Positions 26,434 through 36,499 of a DNA stretch of 64,000 nt are shown here, piece by piece. This DNA comes from an uncultured delta proteobacterium (GTDB lineage Bacteria > Myxococcota > Myxococcia > Myxococcales > Myxococcaceae). Both the position numbers and the translations under genes were made by a program. Under the pieces are notes generated by a model. That model did no database searches. It saw only the letters and a list, made by a program, of their open reading frames with translations, and was not told the origin of the DNA. Positions within the stretch are counted from its first letter, which is position 1. Each line of letters starts with the position of its first letter. The stretch is taken from NCBI GenBank assembly GCA_963796055.1, contig CAWCKH010000003.1:544001-608000 (forward strand), written 5' to 3'.

Positions 26434-28080
26434 GGGAACTGGATAGCGCGCTGGGCCTCCCTGGCGCTGCTGGAATGCGTGGCGGCCTGTGCTCCGAGCA
26501 TTCGACAGTTCTCCACGAAACCGGTGGTCCTCAAGGACGACGATCGCCGTCCGTTCCCGGGACCGATCGAGGAGTCGTTCTCCCCGCTGGGATGGGATGC
26601 AGCGGACCACATCCTCTTCCGACCGCTGAGCCACGCCTTCCTGCTCGAGCAGGGCTCCCCGGCGATCGACGTCAACGCGCTCGACGAGGTCCCGGACTCC
26701 AGCTGGTACGTGAACCGCATCAGCCGCCGGCCCATGTCCCCGGAGGAGATCGCCCGCGGAGCCTGTCACCGAACGGCGCCCGAGGAGGAGCTCCCGTGGA
26801 CGGTGGTGGGGGCCAAGCTGAACGGGGCCAATCCGGGGTTCCAGATCAAGACCGCTGCCGGGGCGAACTACCTCCTCAAGTTCGACGACCCCAAGCAGTT
26901 CGAGCGGGCCTCCACCGGAGACGTGGTGGGCAGCCGGCTCTACTACGCGGCCGGTTTCCAGGTGCCCTGCAACCGGGTGGTGTACCTCCGGAGCACCGAC
27001 CTGGTCGTCTCCGACAAGCCGCCGAAGGATGCCTCGAAGGTGGTCACCCGCGAGACGATCGACGAGATGCTGAAGTTCGCGCAGCAGGAGACGAACGGGA
27101 CGTACCGTGCGGTGGCCAGCGAGTTCATCCCCGGAAGACCGAACGGACCCTGGAACTACAGCGACCGCCGGGGGGATGATCCCAACGACCGGATCGACCA
27201 CCAGGACCGCCGCGAGCTTCGCGGCTCACGGGTGCTGGGGGCGTGGATCAACCACCACGACGCGCGCTCCCAGAACACCCTCAACACCTGGATGACCACC
27301 AGCGAGGGAATGGGGTACCTGGACCACTACGTCATCGACTGGGGCGACACCCTGGGAGGCCTGTCGTATGGCGACGAGTTCTCCCGACGGGTGGGCTACA
27401 CGTACTACATCGACTTCGGGCAGATTGGCGCCGACTTCATCACCTTCGGCATCCCCCAGCGGCCCTGGGAGCGCGCGAAGTACGGGCCGGCCGGGGAGAT
27501 CTTCGGCTACTTCAACGACACCGACTTCGTCCCCGAGGACTGGCATGTCGGCTACCCCAACGTCGCCTTCTCCGCGATGGAGGAGCAGGACGCCGCGTGG
27601 ATGGCGCGGATCATCGCCCGCATCGACGAGACCGCGATCGACCTGGTGGTGGACCAGGCGCGGCTCAGTGCGCCCATCGCCAGCTCGGAGCTGAAGCGGA
27701 TCCTGAAGGGGCGACGGCTGCGGATCCTCCAGCGTTACCTGACGCGGGTCTCGTCCTTGACCGATCCCGAGCTCGGGCAGGACGGGGTCACGTTGTGCGT
27801 GCACGACCGGGCGGAGGAGGCCGGCCTCGGGGCCGGTCCCGCGCCGGGCGTTCGACTCTGGTACTCGCCGACGGCCTCCCTGGGACTCGAGGTCGACCGT
27901 CCGGAGCCGGCCAAGCTGTGCGTGGTGCTGCCCAGGGGGGAGACCGGCTACCGGATCGTCGACCTGGTCACCGGCCGCCCCGGACAGGGACCGCTGCGGC
28001 TGCACCTTGCCGAGCAAGGCGGAGTCCTCCGTGTGGTGGGCGTCGAGCGCCCGGAAGGCAATCCCCCTCCCGGGAGCTGA
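26419..28080 (+). CDS. Hypothetical lipoprotein with atypical protein-kinase-like motifs
   Basis: Lipobox-like VAAC; KLNGANPGF, YLLKFD..ERAS, WINHHDARSQNT and YVIDWGDTLG. Confidence 0.7.
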   Translation: MRGIHGNWIARWASLALLECVAACAPSIRQFSTKPVVLKDDDRRPFPGPIEESFSPLGWDAADHILFRPLSHAFLLEQGSPAIDVNALDEVPDSSWYVNRISRRPMSPEEIARGACHRTAPEEELPWTVVGAKLNGANPGFQIKTAAGANYLLKFDDPKQFERASTGDVVGSRLYYAAGFQVPCNRVVYLRSTDLVVSDKPPKDASKVVTRETIDEMLKFAQQETNGTYRAVASEFIPGRPNGPWNYSDRRGDDPNDRIDHQDRRELRGSRVLGAWINHHDARSQNTLNTWMTTSEGMGYLDHYVIDWGDTLGGLSYGDEFSRRVGYTYYIDFGQIGADFITFGIPQRPWERAKYGPAGEIFGYFNDTDFVPEDWHVGYPNVAFSAMEEQDAAWMARIIARIDETAIDLVVDQARLSAPIASSELKRILKGRRLRILQRYLTRVSSLTDPELGQDGVTLCVHDRAEEAGLGAGPAPGVRLWYSPTASLGLEVDRPEPAKLCVVLPRGETGYRIVDLVTGRPGQGPLRLHLAEQGGVLRVVGVERPEGNPPPGS

Positions 28081-28092
28081 GCTCCGGGCGGG

Positions 28093-29064
28093 CTACCACC
28101 TCCCGGCGATGCTGATGCCCATCATCCCCGGGCCGATGGCCGGGGTGACGACGGTGGGCGTCTGTCCCTTCGCCACCGCGACGTGCAGCGCGGGAATGGC
28201 CCACCCGATGGTTCCGCCGAGCACCGCGCCGGCGATCACGTCGGTGGCCCAGTGGCGGTCGGCCATGATCCGCAGAACGCCGGTGAGGGTGGCCACCCCG
28301 ACCGTGGCCGGACAGGCCACGGCGCCCCATCCGGTGTGCGTGGTGTCGAGGTAACCGTGGTGGAAGCACTCCAGCGCCACCGCGGCGAAGACCAGCGTGG
28401 TGTGGCCGCTGGGGAACGACTGGTACTTGCTCCCGGTCTGGCAATCCTGGAGGTTGGGGTTGGTGACGCACTCCTGGACGAAGGGCCGCTCCCGGGCGGT
28501 GAGGTGCTGGAGCGAAAGGGCGGCGAAGGTGGCGGTGAGCAGCGTCTCGGCGTCCAGCACCATCAATCGCCAGGCGATGTCCCACCGCTCGTGCTCCACG
28601 CCGGCCACCAGGGTGGCGTTGATCAGCGGGAAGGCCGAGAGGGCAAAGGCGCCGACGTCGCTGAGGGTCGACGCCGTCGCCCGGCCGTTCTCGCTGGAGA
28701 GGCGGAGCCCGCCACGCACCCAGTCGTCGAAGCCATTCCCGGCCCACTTGGGTTCCGTGGGAGCGGACACGCCGAACTGGACGACGCTCAGCGCGCCGAC
28801 CAGTCCCCCGGTGGCCACGATGTCCCAGACCCCGACGGTGGGCAGTCCGTGCGCGGGCCAGGGCGGTGAAGCCAGGCTCGGGAGAGCGGCGGTGGCACCC
28901 GGAGGGGCGGCGTTCCCGGGAGCGGGCGGAACCGCCGGGGCGGGGACGACGGTCTCCGGGGCGGCGGCCGGAGGCGGAGGCTGCGGCGCCGTTTCGCCCG
29001 ACGACCGGGGCACGGCCGAGGCCTGGGCCATCACCGCGGCGACCACCACCGCCAGCGCATTCAT
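28093..29064 (-). CDS. PAP2 family phosphatase with Pro/Ala-rich N-terminus
   Basis: TARERP, SFPSGHT and LRIMADRHWATDVIAG. Confidence 0.88.
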   Translation of the reverse strand: MNALAVVVAAVMAQASAVPRSSGETAPQPPPPAAAPETVVPAPAVPPAPGNAAPPGATAALPSLASPPWPAHGLPTVGVWDIVATGGLVGALSVVQFGVSAPTEPKWAGNGFDDWVRGGLRLSSENGRATASTLSDVGAFALSAFPLINATLVAGVEHERWDIAWRLMVLDAETLLTATFAALSLQHLTARERPFVQECVTNPNLQDCQTGSKYQSFPSGHTTLVFAAVALECFHHGYLDTTHTGWGAVACPATVGVATLTGVLRIMADRHWATDVIAGAVLGGTIGWAIPALHVAVAKGQTPTVVTPAIGPGMMGISIAGRW

Positions 29065-29498
29065 CACGCGGGTCTTACCAGAACCGCCACCACGGCTTTC
29101 CCGGACTCGGGGCGGCGGCGGGCGCGGGAATCGCATCGCCAACGAATGACGAGGATCGAGCCAGGGCCTCGTGGCGGGACGTGCCCTCCCCGACGCCTCC
29201 GTGGCACGCCATCTGCCCCGTCCTCCATGCGAGTTGCAGGGCCGGGCAGACATCCGGGTCGCCACGGCACGGGCTCGAGGCTGTGACAAATTCGTTACCT
29301 GCCCGACCGATCCGACAAATCTGTCTGGCGGAGTGCGTCACGACCTCCAACTGGCCGCGGGATACCCGACCGTCAAGTTTCCGACCGGTCGGCAGGTGCG
29401 GACACTTTCGTTCCCTTTCGACTCGATTCCTACCTTTTCGTCTGATGGTCGGAATGTCAGCCCACCGCGCTCCTCAGGGCGGCGCGGCACGCTGTGCG

Positions 29499-29514
29499 TG
29501 GTCCAGCGCTTGCA
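29499..29514 (+). promoter_or_regulatory. Candidate sigma-54 (-24/-12) promoter of the urt/ure operon
   Basis: TGGTCCAGCGCTTGCA: GG-N10-GC with TTGCA, 39 nt upstream of the urtA ATG. Confidence 0.6.
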
Positions 29515-29553
29515 GCCTCCGCTGTCGGCCCGCATGGGCCTAAGGAGATCGGA

Positions 29554-30795
29554 ATGACCAAAAGGGGCCTGGGGCTCACGGCATTGGCTTGTGCTCTCAC
29601 CTTCACGGCGTCGAGCGCGCGCGCGGAGGAGACGATCAAGGTCGGAATCCTCCACTCCCTCTCCGGGACGATGGCGATCAGCGAGACGTCGCTGAAGGAC
29701 GTGGCGCTGATGACCATCGACGAGATCAACGCCAAGGGGGGCGTGCTGGGAAAGAAGATCGAGCCGGTGGTGGTGGACCCCGCCTCCAACTGGCCGCTGT
29801 TCGCCGAGAAGGCCCGCCAGCTGCTCACCAAGGACAAGGTGGCCGCGGTCTTCGGGTGCTGGACCTCGGTCTCCCGCAAGTCCGTCCTCCCGGTGTTCGA
29901 GGAGCTGAACGGCCTGCTCTACTACCCGGTGCAGTACGAGGGCGAGGAGCTGAGCAAGAACGTCTTCTACACCGGAGCGGCCCCCAACCAGCAGGCGATC
30001 CCCGCGGTGGAGTACTTGATGTCCAAGGAGGGCGGCGGCGCGAAGCGGTTCTTCCTGCTCGGGACCGACTACGTCTACCCCAGGACCACCAACAAGATTC
30101 TCCGGGCGTTCCTGCACTCCAAGGGAATCACCGACAAGGACATCCAGGAGACGTACACGCCCTTCGGGCACAGCGACTACCAGACCATCGTCGCGCAGAT
30201 CAAAGCGTTCGGCGCAAGCGGGCACGCCGCCGTCGTCTCCACCATCAACGGCGACTCGAACGTCCCCTTCTACAAGGAGCTGGGCAACCAGGGCCTGAAG
30301 GCGACCGACATCCCGGTGGTCGCGTTCTCGGTCGGCGAGGAGGAGCTGCGGGGCATCGACACCAAGCCGCTGGTGGGCCACCTGGCCGCCTGGAATTACT
30401 TCATGTCGGTCAAGAACCCGGTGAACACCGCCTTCATCGCCCAGTGGAAGGCCTACGTGAAGAAGAACAACCTCCCCGGCGGTGACGCGCGCGTCACCAA
30501 CGACCCGATGGAGGCCACCTACGTCGGCATCCACATGTGGGCCCAGGCGGTGAAGAAGGCCGGGACCACCAAGGTGGACGCGGTTCGCGCCGCGATGAGC
30601 GGCCAGACCTTCGCTGCGCCCTCGGGCTTCACCTTGAAGATGGACGAGACCAACCACCACCTGTGGAAGCCGGTGATGATCGGCGAGGTGCAGGGCAACG
30701 GTCAGTTCTCGGTGGTGTGGAAGACCAGCAAGCCCGTCCGGGCGCAGCCCTGGAGCCCGTTCATCCCCGGCAATGAGAAGCGTGCCGAGCGCTGA
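29554..30795 (+). CDS. urtA: Urea ABC transporter substrate-binding protein
   Basis: IKVGILHSLSGTMAISE, FGCWTSVSRKSVLP and YPVQYEGEE; AAGGAG RBS. Confidence 0.97.
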   Translation: MTKRGLGLTALACALTFTASSARAEETIKVGILHSLSGTMAISETSLKDVALMTIDEINAKGGVLGKKIEPVVVDPASNWPLFAEKARQLLTKDKVAAVFGCWTSVSRKSVLPVFEELNGLLYYPVQYEGEELSKNVFYTGAAPNQQAIPAVEYLMSKEGGGAKRFFLLGTDYVYPRTTNKILRAFLHSKGITDKDIQETYTPFGHSDYQTIVAQIKAFGASGHAAVVSTINGDSNVPFYKELGNQGLKATDIPVVAFSVGEEELRGIDTKPLVGHLAAWNYFMSVKNPVNTAFIAQWKAYVKKNNLPGGDARVTNDPMEATYVGIHMWAQAVKKAGTTKVDAVRAAMSGQTFAAPSGFTLKMDETNHHLWKPVMIGEVQGNGQFSVVWKTSKPVRAQPWSPFIPGNEKRAER

Positions 30796-32386
30796 GCCGC
30801 GCCGTTTCCTCACTCTGCTGATCCTGCTCACGGCGGTCGCGGCCCGCGCTGGCGAGGCCGCCCCGCCCGAGCCACGTCCGGCCCCGAGCCTCGATGCCGC
30901 CACCCTGGACCGTCTGGTCAAACCGGAGTCTCGCGACGAGACCATCGCTTCCCTGGTGGAAGCGTCCGACGTGCACGCTCTGCCCGTCCTCCGGGCGCTC
31001 CTGGAGGGGAACCTCTACGTCGGCCAGACGGTGCTGGTCGACCAGGAGGGTACGCTCCAGGATGCGCTCACCGGTGCTCCGGCATCGGTCGACCGTGAGC
31101 AGCTGGAGCAGGTGACGATCAACAACCGGCTCCGGCGCAGCCTGGAACGGGCGGTGGCGGCCCTCTCCCTCTTCGAGGGCTCCCCGGCCGACCGACTCGC
31201 CGCCGCGCGGGTGCTCCAAGAGAATCCGGCCCCGGAGGTGCTCCCGGCGGTCCAGAAGGCGCTCGCCGGCGAGAAGGACCCCAGGGTGAAGGAGGCCCTG
31301 AGGGCGACCGCGGCGATGCTCGCCCTGGCCAGCGACGATCCCGCCCAGCGGCTCGCCGCCATCGAGGAGCTCCGGAAGGTCCACGCCAAACGGCAGCTGA
31401 TGCAGCGCCTCGAGGTGGAGCAGGACCCCACGGCGCTCGCCGCGCTCAAGGACGCGATCCGCGACGTGGACCACGCGCTGGAGCGCGCGGCGATGGTCGG
31501 GCTCCTCTTCTCCGGCCTCAGCCTGGGGAGCGTCCTGCTGCTCGCCGCGCTCGGCCTGGCCATCACTTTTGGATTGATGGGCGTCATCAACATGGCCCAC
31601 GGCGAGCTGCTGATGGTTGGCGCCTACGCCACCTGGCTGGTCCAGACGGCATTTCGGGGGTCTCACCACTTCGACTGGTACCTGCTGGCCGCGCTCCCGG
31701 CGTCCTTCCTCGCCGCGGCGCTGGTCGGCGCGCTGCTGGAGATCACCGTGGTGAGGAAGCTCTACGGCCGGCCGCTGGAGACGCTGCTCGCCACCTGGGG
31801 CGCGAGCCTGCTCATCATCCAGGCGGTGCGCGTGGCCTTCGGCGCCCAGAACGTGGAGGTCTCGAACCCCAGCTGGATGTCCGGCGGAGTCGCCCTGCTC
31901 CCGGACCTGGTCCTGCCCTGGAACCGCATCGTGATCCTCCTCTTCTCCGCCACCGTCCTGCTCGGGGTGTGGGCCCTGCTCACCCGGACCCGGCTGGGGC
32001 TCCTGGTCCGCGCGGTCACCCAGGACCGGCAGCGCGCCGCGGGGCTGGGCGTGCGGACGCCGCGGGTGGACCTGCTCGCCTTCGCCATCGGCTCGGGCAT
32101 CGCCGGGCTGGGCGGGTGCGCCCTCTCGCAGATTGGCAACGTGGGCCCCGAGCTCGGCCAGGGCTTCATCGTCGACTCCTTCATGGTGGTGGTGCTGGGA
32201 GGCGTGGGTCAGCTCGCGGGGACCACCATCGCCGCGGGGAGCCTGGGGGTGGTGAACAAGCTGCTCGAGCCCTGGGCCGGAGCGGTGATGGCGAAGATCG
32301 TCGTCCTGGTGTTCGTCATCGTTTTCATCCAGCGGCGCCCGCAGGGGCTGTTCGCGCTGCGCGGGCGGGCACTGGAGGAGGGGTGA
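30773..32386 (+). CDS. urtB: Urea ABC transporter permease
   Basis: GLAITFGLMGVINMAHGE, YGRPLETLLATWG and FIQRRPQGLF. Confidence 0.95.
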   Translation: MRSVPSAEPRRFLTLLILLTAVAARAGEAAPPEPRPAPSLDAATLDRLVKPESRDETIASLVEASDVHALPVLRALLEGNLYVGQTVLVDQEGTLQDALTGAPASVDREQLEQVTINNRLRRSLERAVAALSLFEGSPADRLAAARVLQENPAPEVLPAVQKALAGEKDPRVKEALRATAAMLALASDDPAQRLAAIEELRKVHAKRQLMQRLEVEQDPTALAALKDAIRDVDHALERAAMVGLLFSGLSLGSVLLLAALGLAITFGLMGVINMAHGELLMVGAYATWLVQTAFRGSHHFDWYLLAALPASFLAAALVGALLEITVVRKLYGRPLETLLATWGASLLIIQAVRVAFGAQNVEVSNPSWMSGGVALLPDLVLPWNRIVILLFSATVLLGVWALLTRTRLGLLVRAVTQDRQRAAGLGVRTPRVDLLAFAIGSGIAGLGGCALSQIGNVGPELGQGFIVDSFMVVVLGGVGQLAGTTIAAGSLGVVNKLLEPWAGAVMAKIVVLVFVIVFIQRRPQGLFALRGRALEEG

Positions 32387-33513
32387 GCACGGCCACCGCA
32401 GTCCTCCCCCCGTCGGCGATGATGCGGTCCGACCCCGGCCGCCGGCTCTACCCGCGGAAGGTCTGGGCGGTGATCCTCGCCGTCTACGGTGGGCTGGTGA
32501 TCGCGCTGCCGGCGCTCCACCTCCTGGTGCCGGCCAGCTCGCCGCTCCACCTCTCCGACTACACCGTCACCCTGGTCGGGAAGATCCTCTGCTACGCCAC
32601 GGTGGCCCTGGCGATGGACCTGGTCTGGGGCTACACCGGCATCCTCTCGCTGGGCCACGGGCTGTTCTTCGCCCTCGGCGGCTATGCGATGGGCATGTAC
32701 CTGATGCGGGCCATCGGCCGGGACGGCGTGTACGGCGACCCGGTGTTGCCCGACTTCATGGTGTTCCTCGACTGGAAGCACCTGCCCTGGTACTGGCTCG
32801 GCTCCAATCATTTCTTCCAGCAGGCACTCCTGGTGGTGCTGGTGCCGGCGCTCCTGGCCTTCGTCTTCGGCTGGTTCGCCTTCCGCTCCCGCATTCGAGG
32901 CGTCTACTTCTCGATCATCACCCAGGCGCTGACCTACGCAGCGATGCTGCTGTTCTTCCGGAACCAGACAGGGTTCGGGGGGAACAACGGCTTCACCGAC
33001 TTCAAGCGCATCCTCGGCTTCCCGCTGGCGAGCCCTCACACCCGGGTGGCCCTGCTGGTGCTCTCGGCCACCCTGCTTCTTTCGGTCCTGGTGCTCTGCC
33101 GGGCCCTGGTGCTGTCCAAGCTGGGTCGGGTACTCACCGCCATCCGCGACGCCGAGGACCGGGTGCGGTTCTGCGGCTACGACCCGGTGCGGTTCAAGCT
33201 CTTCGTCTGGACGCTCTCCGCGGCGATCTGCGGGATCGCCGGCGCGCTCTACGTGCCCCAGGTGGGCATCATCAACCCCAGCGAGATGTCCCCGGCCAAC
33301 TCCGTGGAGATCGCCATCGCCGTCGCGCTCGGCGGCCGGGGAACGCTGCTCGGCCCCATCCTCGGAGCCGCGCTGCTCCACGGCGCCAAGAGCGTGCTCA
33401 CCGTGGCCTTCCCCGAGCTGTGGCTGTTCGTGCTCGGGCTGTCGTTCATCGTGGTGACCCGCTGGTTGCCGCGCGGGGTGCTCGGGCTCTTCTGGAGGGA
33501 GGGCGGGTCGTGA
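32383..33513 (+). CDS. urtC: Urea ABC transporter permease
   Basis: MDLVWGYTGILSLGHG, GFGGNNGFTDFK and YVPQVGIINPSEM. Confidence 0.95.
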   Translation: MSTATAVLPPSAMMRSDPGRRLYPRKVWAVILAVYGGLVIALPALHLLVPASSPLHLSDYTVTLVGKILCYATVALAMDLVWGYTGILSLGHGLFFALGGYAMGMYLMRAIGRDGVYGDPVLPDFMVFLDWKHLPWYWLGSNHFFQQALLVVLVPALLAFVFGWFAFRSRIRGVYFSIITQALTYAAMLLFFRNQTGFGGNNGFTDFKRILGFPLASPHTRVALLVLSATLLLSVLVLCRALVLSKLGRVLTAIRDAEDRVRFCGYDPVRFKLFVWTLSAAICGIAGALYVPQVGIINPSEMSPANSVEIAIAVALGGRGTLLGPILGAALLHGAKSVLTVAFPELWLFVLGLSFIVVTRWLPRGVLGLFWREGGS

Positions 33514-34265
33514 ACCTCGACACCCCGGCCGGGCCCATCCTCTACTTGAGCGGGGTCACCGTCAGCTTCGATGGCTTCAAGGCCCTCGACTCGCTCAGCC
33601 TCATGGTGGAGCCGGGCGAGCTCCGCTGCATCATCGGACCGAACGGCGCGGGCAAGACGACGTTGATGGACGTCATCACCGGCCGCACCCGTCCGGACGC
33701 CGGCGACGTTCAGTACGGCGAGGCGCACGACCTCACCCGGATGTCCGAGGCGGAGATCGTCGACGCCGGCATCGGCCGCAAGTTCCAGAAGCCCACCATC
33801 TTCCGCGCCCACACGGTGTTCGAGAACCTCGAGCTATCGCTGAAGATGGACAAGCGGGTCCTCCCCACCCTGCGCGCCCGGCGCACGCCCGAGCAGGACG
33901 CGCGCATCGACGAGGTCCTCGGCCTCATCGGCCTCCGGGCGAAGGCCGGGGTCCGGGCGGATCTCCTCTCTCACGGCGAGAAGCAGTGGCTGGAGATCGG
34001 GATGCTGCTGGTGCTGGAGCCGGGGCTGCTCCTGCTGGACGAGCCGGTCGCCGGGATGAGCGACGAGGAGACCGAGCGGACCGGGGAGCTCCTCCGCTCG
34101 CTGGCGGGGAAACACTCACTGGTGGTGGTGGAGCACGACATGCACTTCGTCGACACCCTCGCCAGCAAGGTGACCGTGCTCCACGAAGGCCGCGTCCTGG
34201 CCCAGGGCTCCATGGACACGGTCCGGAAGGACCCCCGCGTCATCGACGTCTACCTGGGGCGCTGA
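33510..34265 (+). CDS. urtD: Urea ABC transporter ATP-binding protein
   Basis: GPNGAGKTT, GIGRKFQKP and LSHGEKQWLEIGM. Confidence 0.95.
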   Translation: MNLDTPAGPILYLSGVTVSFDGFKALDSLSLMVEPGELRCIIGPNGAGKTTLMDVITGRTRPDAGDVQYGEAHDLTRMSEAEIVDAGIGRKFQKPTIFRAHTVFENLELSLKMDKRVLPTLRARRTPEQDARIDEVLGLIGLRAKAGVRADLLSHGEKQWLEIGMLLVLEPGLLLLDEPVAGMSDEETERTGELLRSLAGKHSLVVVEHDMHFVDTLASKVTVLHEGRVLAQGSMDTVRKDPRVIDVYLGR

Positions 34266-34954
34266 TGCTGAGTGTGCACGGACTCGACCAGTACTACGGA
34301 GGGAGCCACACGCTCCGGGCGATCGACCTGGAGGTGCCGGCGGGGACCTGCACCGCCCTGCTGGGACGCAACGGGGTGGGCAAGACGACGCTCCTCCGCT
34401 GCCTGATGGGCGAGCTCCCGGTGAAGCGGGGCACGGTGCAGCTCGGTGGGGAGGAGGTCACCCGGCTTCCCTCCTACGAGCGGGCCCGTCTGGGCATGGG
34501 CTACGTGCCGCAGGGACGGGAGATCTTCTCCCGGCTGACGGTGGACGAGAACCTCAGCGTGGGCGAGTCGGCCGCCCGTGGCCCTACCATGCCCCGCGCC
34601 GAGCTGGAGGAGCTCTTCCCCATCCTCGGCACCATGCGGACCCGCCGCGGCGGCGACCTCTCGGGCGGTCAGCAGCAGCAGCTGGCCATCGCCCGGGCCC
34701 TCGTTTCGCGGCCGAGGCTCCTGCTGCTCGACGAGCCGACCGAGGGCATCCAGCCGTCCACCATCAAGGAGATCGGCCGTGTGCTCCGGGCGCTGCTGGA
34801 GCGGAACATGACCATCGTCCTGGTGGAGCAGTACCTGGACTTCGCCCTCGAGCTGGCCGAGCACTGCGCGGTCCTCTCCCGGGGGGAGATCGTCCTGCGG
34901 GGCCGCATCTCCGAGCTCGACCCCGCCCAGGTCAGGCGACACCTCTCGGTGTGA
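34265..34954 (+). CDS. urtE: Urea ABC transporter ATP-binding protein
   Basis: GRNGVGKTT, YVPQGREIF, LSGGQQQQLAI and DEPTEGIQP. Confidence 0.95.
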   Translation: MLSVHGLDQYYGGSHTLRAIDLEVPAGTCTALLGRNGVGKTTLLRCLMGELPVKRGTVQLGGEEVTRLPSYERARLGMGYVPQGREIFSRLTVDENLSVGESAARGPTMPRAELEELFPILGTMRTRRGGDLSGGQQQQLAIARALVSRPRLLLLDEPTEGIQPSTIKEIGRVLRALLERNMTIVLVEQYLDFALELAEHCAVLSRGEIVLRGRISELDPAQVRRHLSV

Positions 34955-35763
34955 TCCGCGCTACAAGGCACTCCATGGCTCGGGGCCACCTTGCCTTCCG
35001 GCAGGCCGGGACGGGAACGGCGGTGGAGACCGCGTACGCCGAGAGCCCGCTCCGGTTCCTCACCCCGCGCAACCACGGCAGCGCGGCCTGGGCCTACACC
35101 AGCACGCTGGGGGGAGGACTGGTCGACGGCGACCGGCTGGCACTGGAGATCTCGGTCGGCCCCATGGCGCGGGCCTTCGTCTCCTCGCAGGGCCCGACAC
35201 GGGTATTCCGCTCGTCCCGGGGTGCCGTCTCGGAGACGCTGGCCCGGGTGGACGAGGGCGGGGCGCTGGTGCTCGTCCCCGACCCGACGGCCTGCTTCGC
35301 CGGCGCCCGGTACACGCAACGCACCGAGGTGACGCTCGCGCCCGGTGCCTCGCTCGTGCTCTGGGAGGTGCTCTCCGCCGGACGAGAGCGCTGGGGCTTC
35401 ACCCGCTGCCAGAGCACGCTGCGCGTCATGCCCTTCCTCGACGAGCGCTGGCTGCTCGACCCGGAGCACGGTCCGCTCGAGGAGCGAATGGGCCGCTTCG
35501 GGGCCATCGGCACCTTGCTCCTGGTGGGGCCGCTGTTCTCCATCATTGCTGAGGCAATTCGCGCGCACGTCGAGGATGGCCCCGCGCGGCCGGGCGCGCC
35601 GCTGGTCGAGTCGGCCAGTCCGCTGCGCGACGGCGCGCTGGTGGTTCGCCTCGCCGCCCCCTCGGTGCAGCAGCTCGTGCAGCGGCTGCGCCACCACCTC
35701 GCCACCCTCCCCTCCCTGCTCGGGGACGACCCCTGGAGGCTCGATGCATCTGTCGCCGCGTGA
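34951..35763 (+). CDS. ureD: Urease accessory protein UreD/UreH
   Basis: [24 protein letters not shown] and FAGARYTQ. Confidence 0.9.
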   Translation: MIRATRHSMARGHLAFRQAGTGTAVETAYAESPLRFLTPRNHGSAAWAYTSTLGGGLVDGDRLALEISVGPMARAFVSSQGPTRVFRSSRGAVSETLARVDEGGALVLVPDPTACFAGARYTQRTEVTLAPGASLVLWEVLSAGRERWGFTRCQSTLRVMPFLDERWLLDPEHGPLEERMGRFGAIGTLLLVGPLFSIIAEAIRAHVEDGPARPGAPLVESASPLRDGALVVRLAAPSVQQLVQRLRHHLATLPSLLGDDPWRLDASVAA

Positions 35764-36499
35764 CATCGACAAGCTCATCCTTCACGGCGGGGGGTTCCTC
35801 GCCCAGAAGCGCCTGGCCCGCGGGCTGCGGCTGAACTACCCCGAGGCGGTGGCGCTGATCTCCGCGCAGATCCTCGAGCTGATCCGCGACGGCCGCAGCG
35901 TGGCGGAGCTGATGGATCTCGGCCGCCGGATGCTCGGCCGCGGGCAGGTGCTCCCCGGGGTGCCCGAGCTCATCGCCGAGGTACAGGTGGAGGGGACCTT
36001 TCCCGACGGCACCAAGCTGGTCACCGTCCACCATCCGATCGCGCTGGAGCAGGGAGATCTCGCCCTGGCATTGCAGGGGAGCTTCCTCCCGGTGCCGAAG
36101 TCGTTCCCCCCCGCCGAGGCGGTGCCCACACCCGGCGAGGTGATGGCAGCGGGCGGAGAAATAGAGCTCAACGCCGGCCGGGAGACGGTGAGCCTCGCCG
36201 TCCTCAACCGCGGTGACCGCCCCATCCAGGTGGGCAGCCACTACCCCTTCGCCGAGACCAACCGGGCGCTGGAGTTCGACCGGGGGCGCGCCTACGGCAT
36301 GCGGCTCGACATTCCAGCCGGGACCGCGGTGCGCTTCGAGCCCGGGGAGAGCAAGACGGTGCAGCTGGTCGCCTTCGCCGGCGCGCGGGTGGTGCACGGC
36401 GGAAACGCGCTGGGCGACGGGGAGGTGACCGAGTCCGGCCGGGCGCGGTTCCTGGCCAGGGCCAAGGATCGCGGCTTCCACCACCGGGAGCAGCCGTGA
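35744..36499 (+). CDS. ureAB: Urease fused gamma/beta subunit
   Basis: [31 protein letters not shown] followed in frame by [28 protein letters not shown]. Confidence 0.95.
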   Translation: MHLSPRDIDKLILHGGGFLAQKRLARGLRLNYPEAVALISAQILELIRDGRSVAELMDLGRRMLGRGQVLPGVPELIAEVQVEGTFPDGTKLVTVHHPIALEQGDLALALQGSFLPVPKSFPPAEAVPTPGEVMAAGGEIELNAGRETVSLAVLNRGDRPIQVGSHYPFAETNRALEFDRGRAYGMRLDIPAGTAVRFEPGESKTVQLVAFAGARVVHGGNALGDGEVTESGRARFLARAKDRGFHHREQP

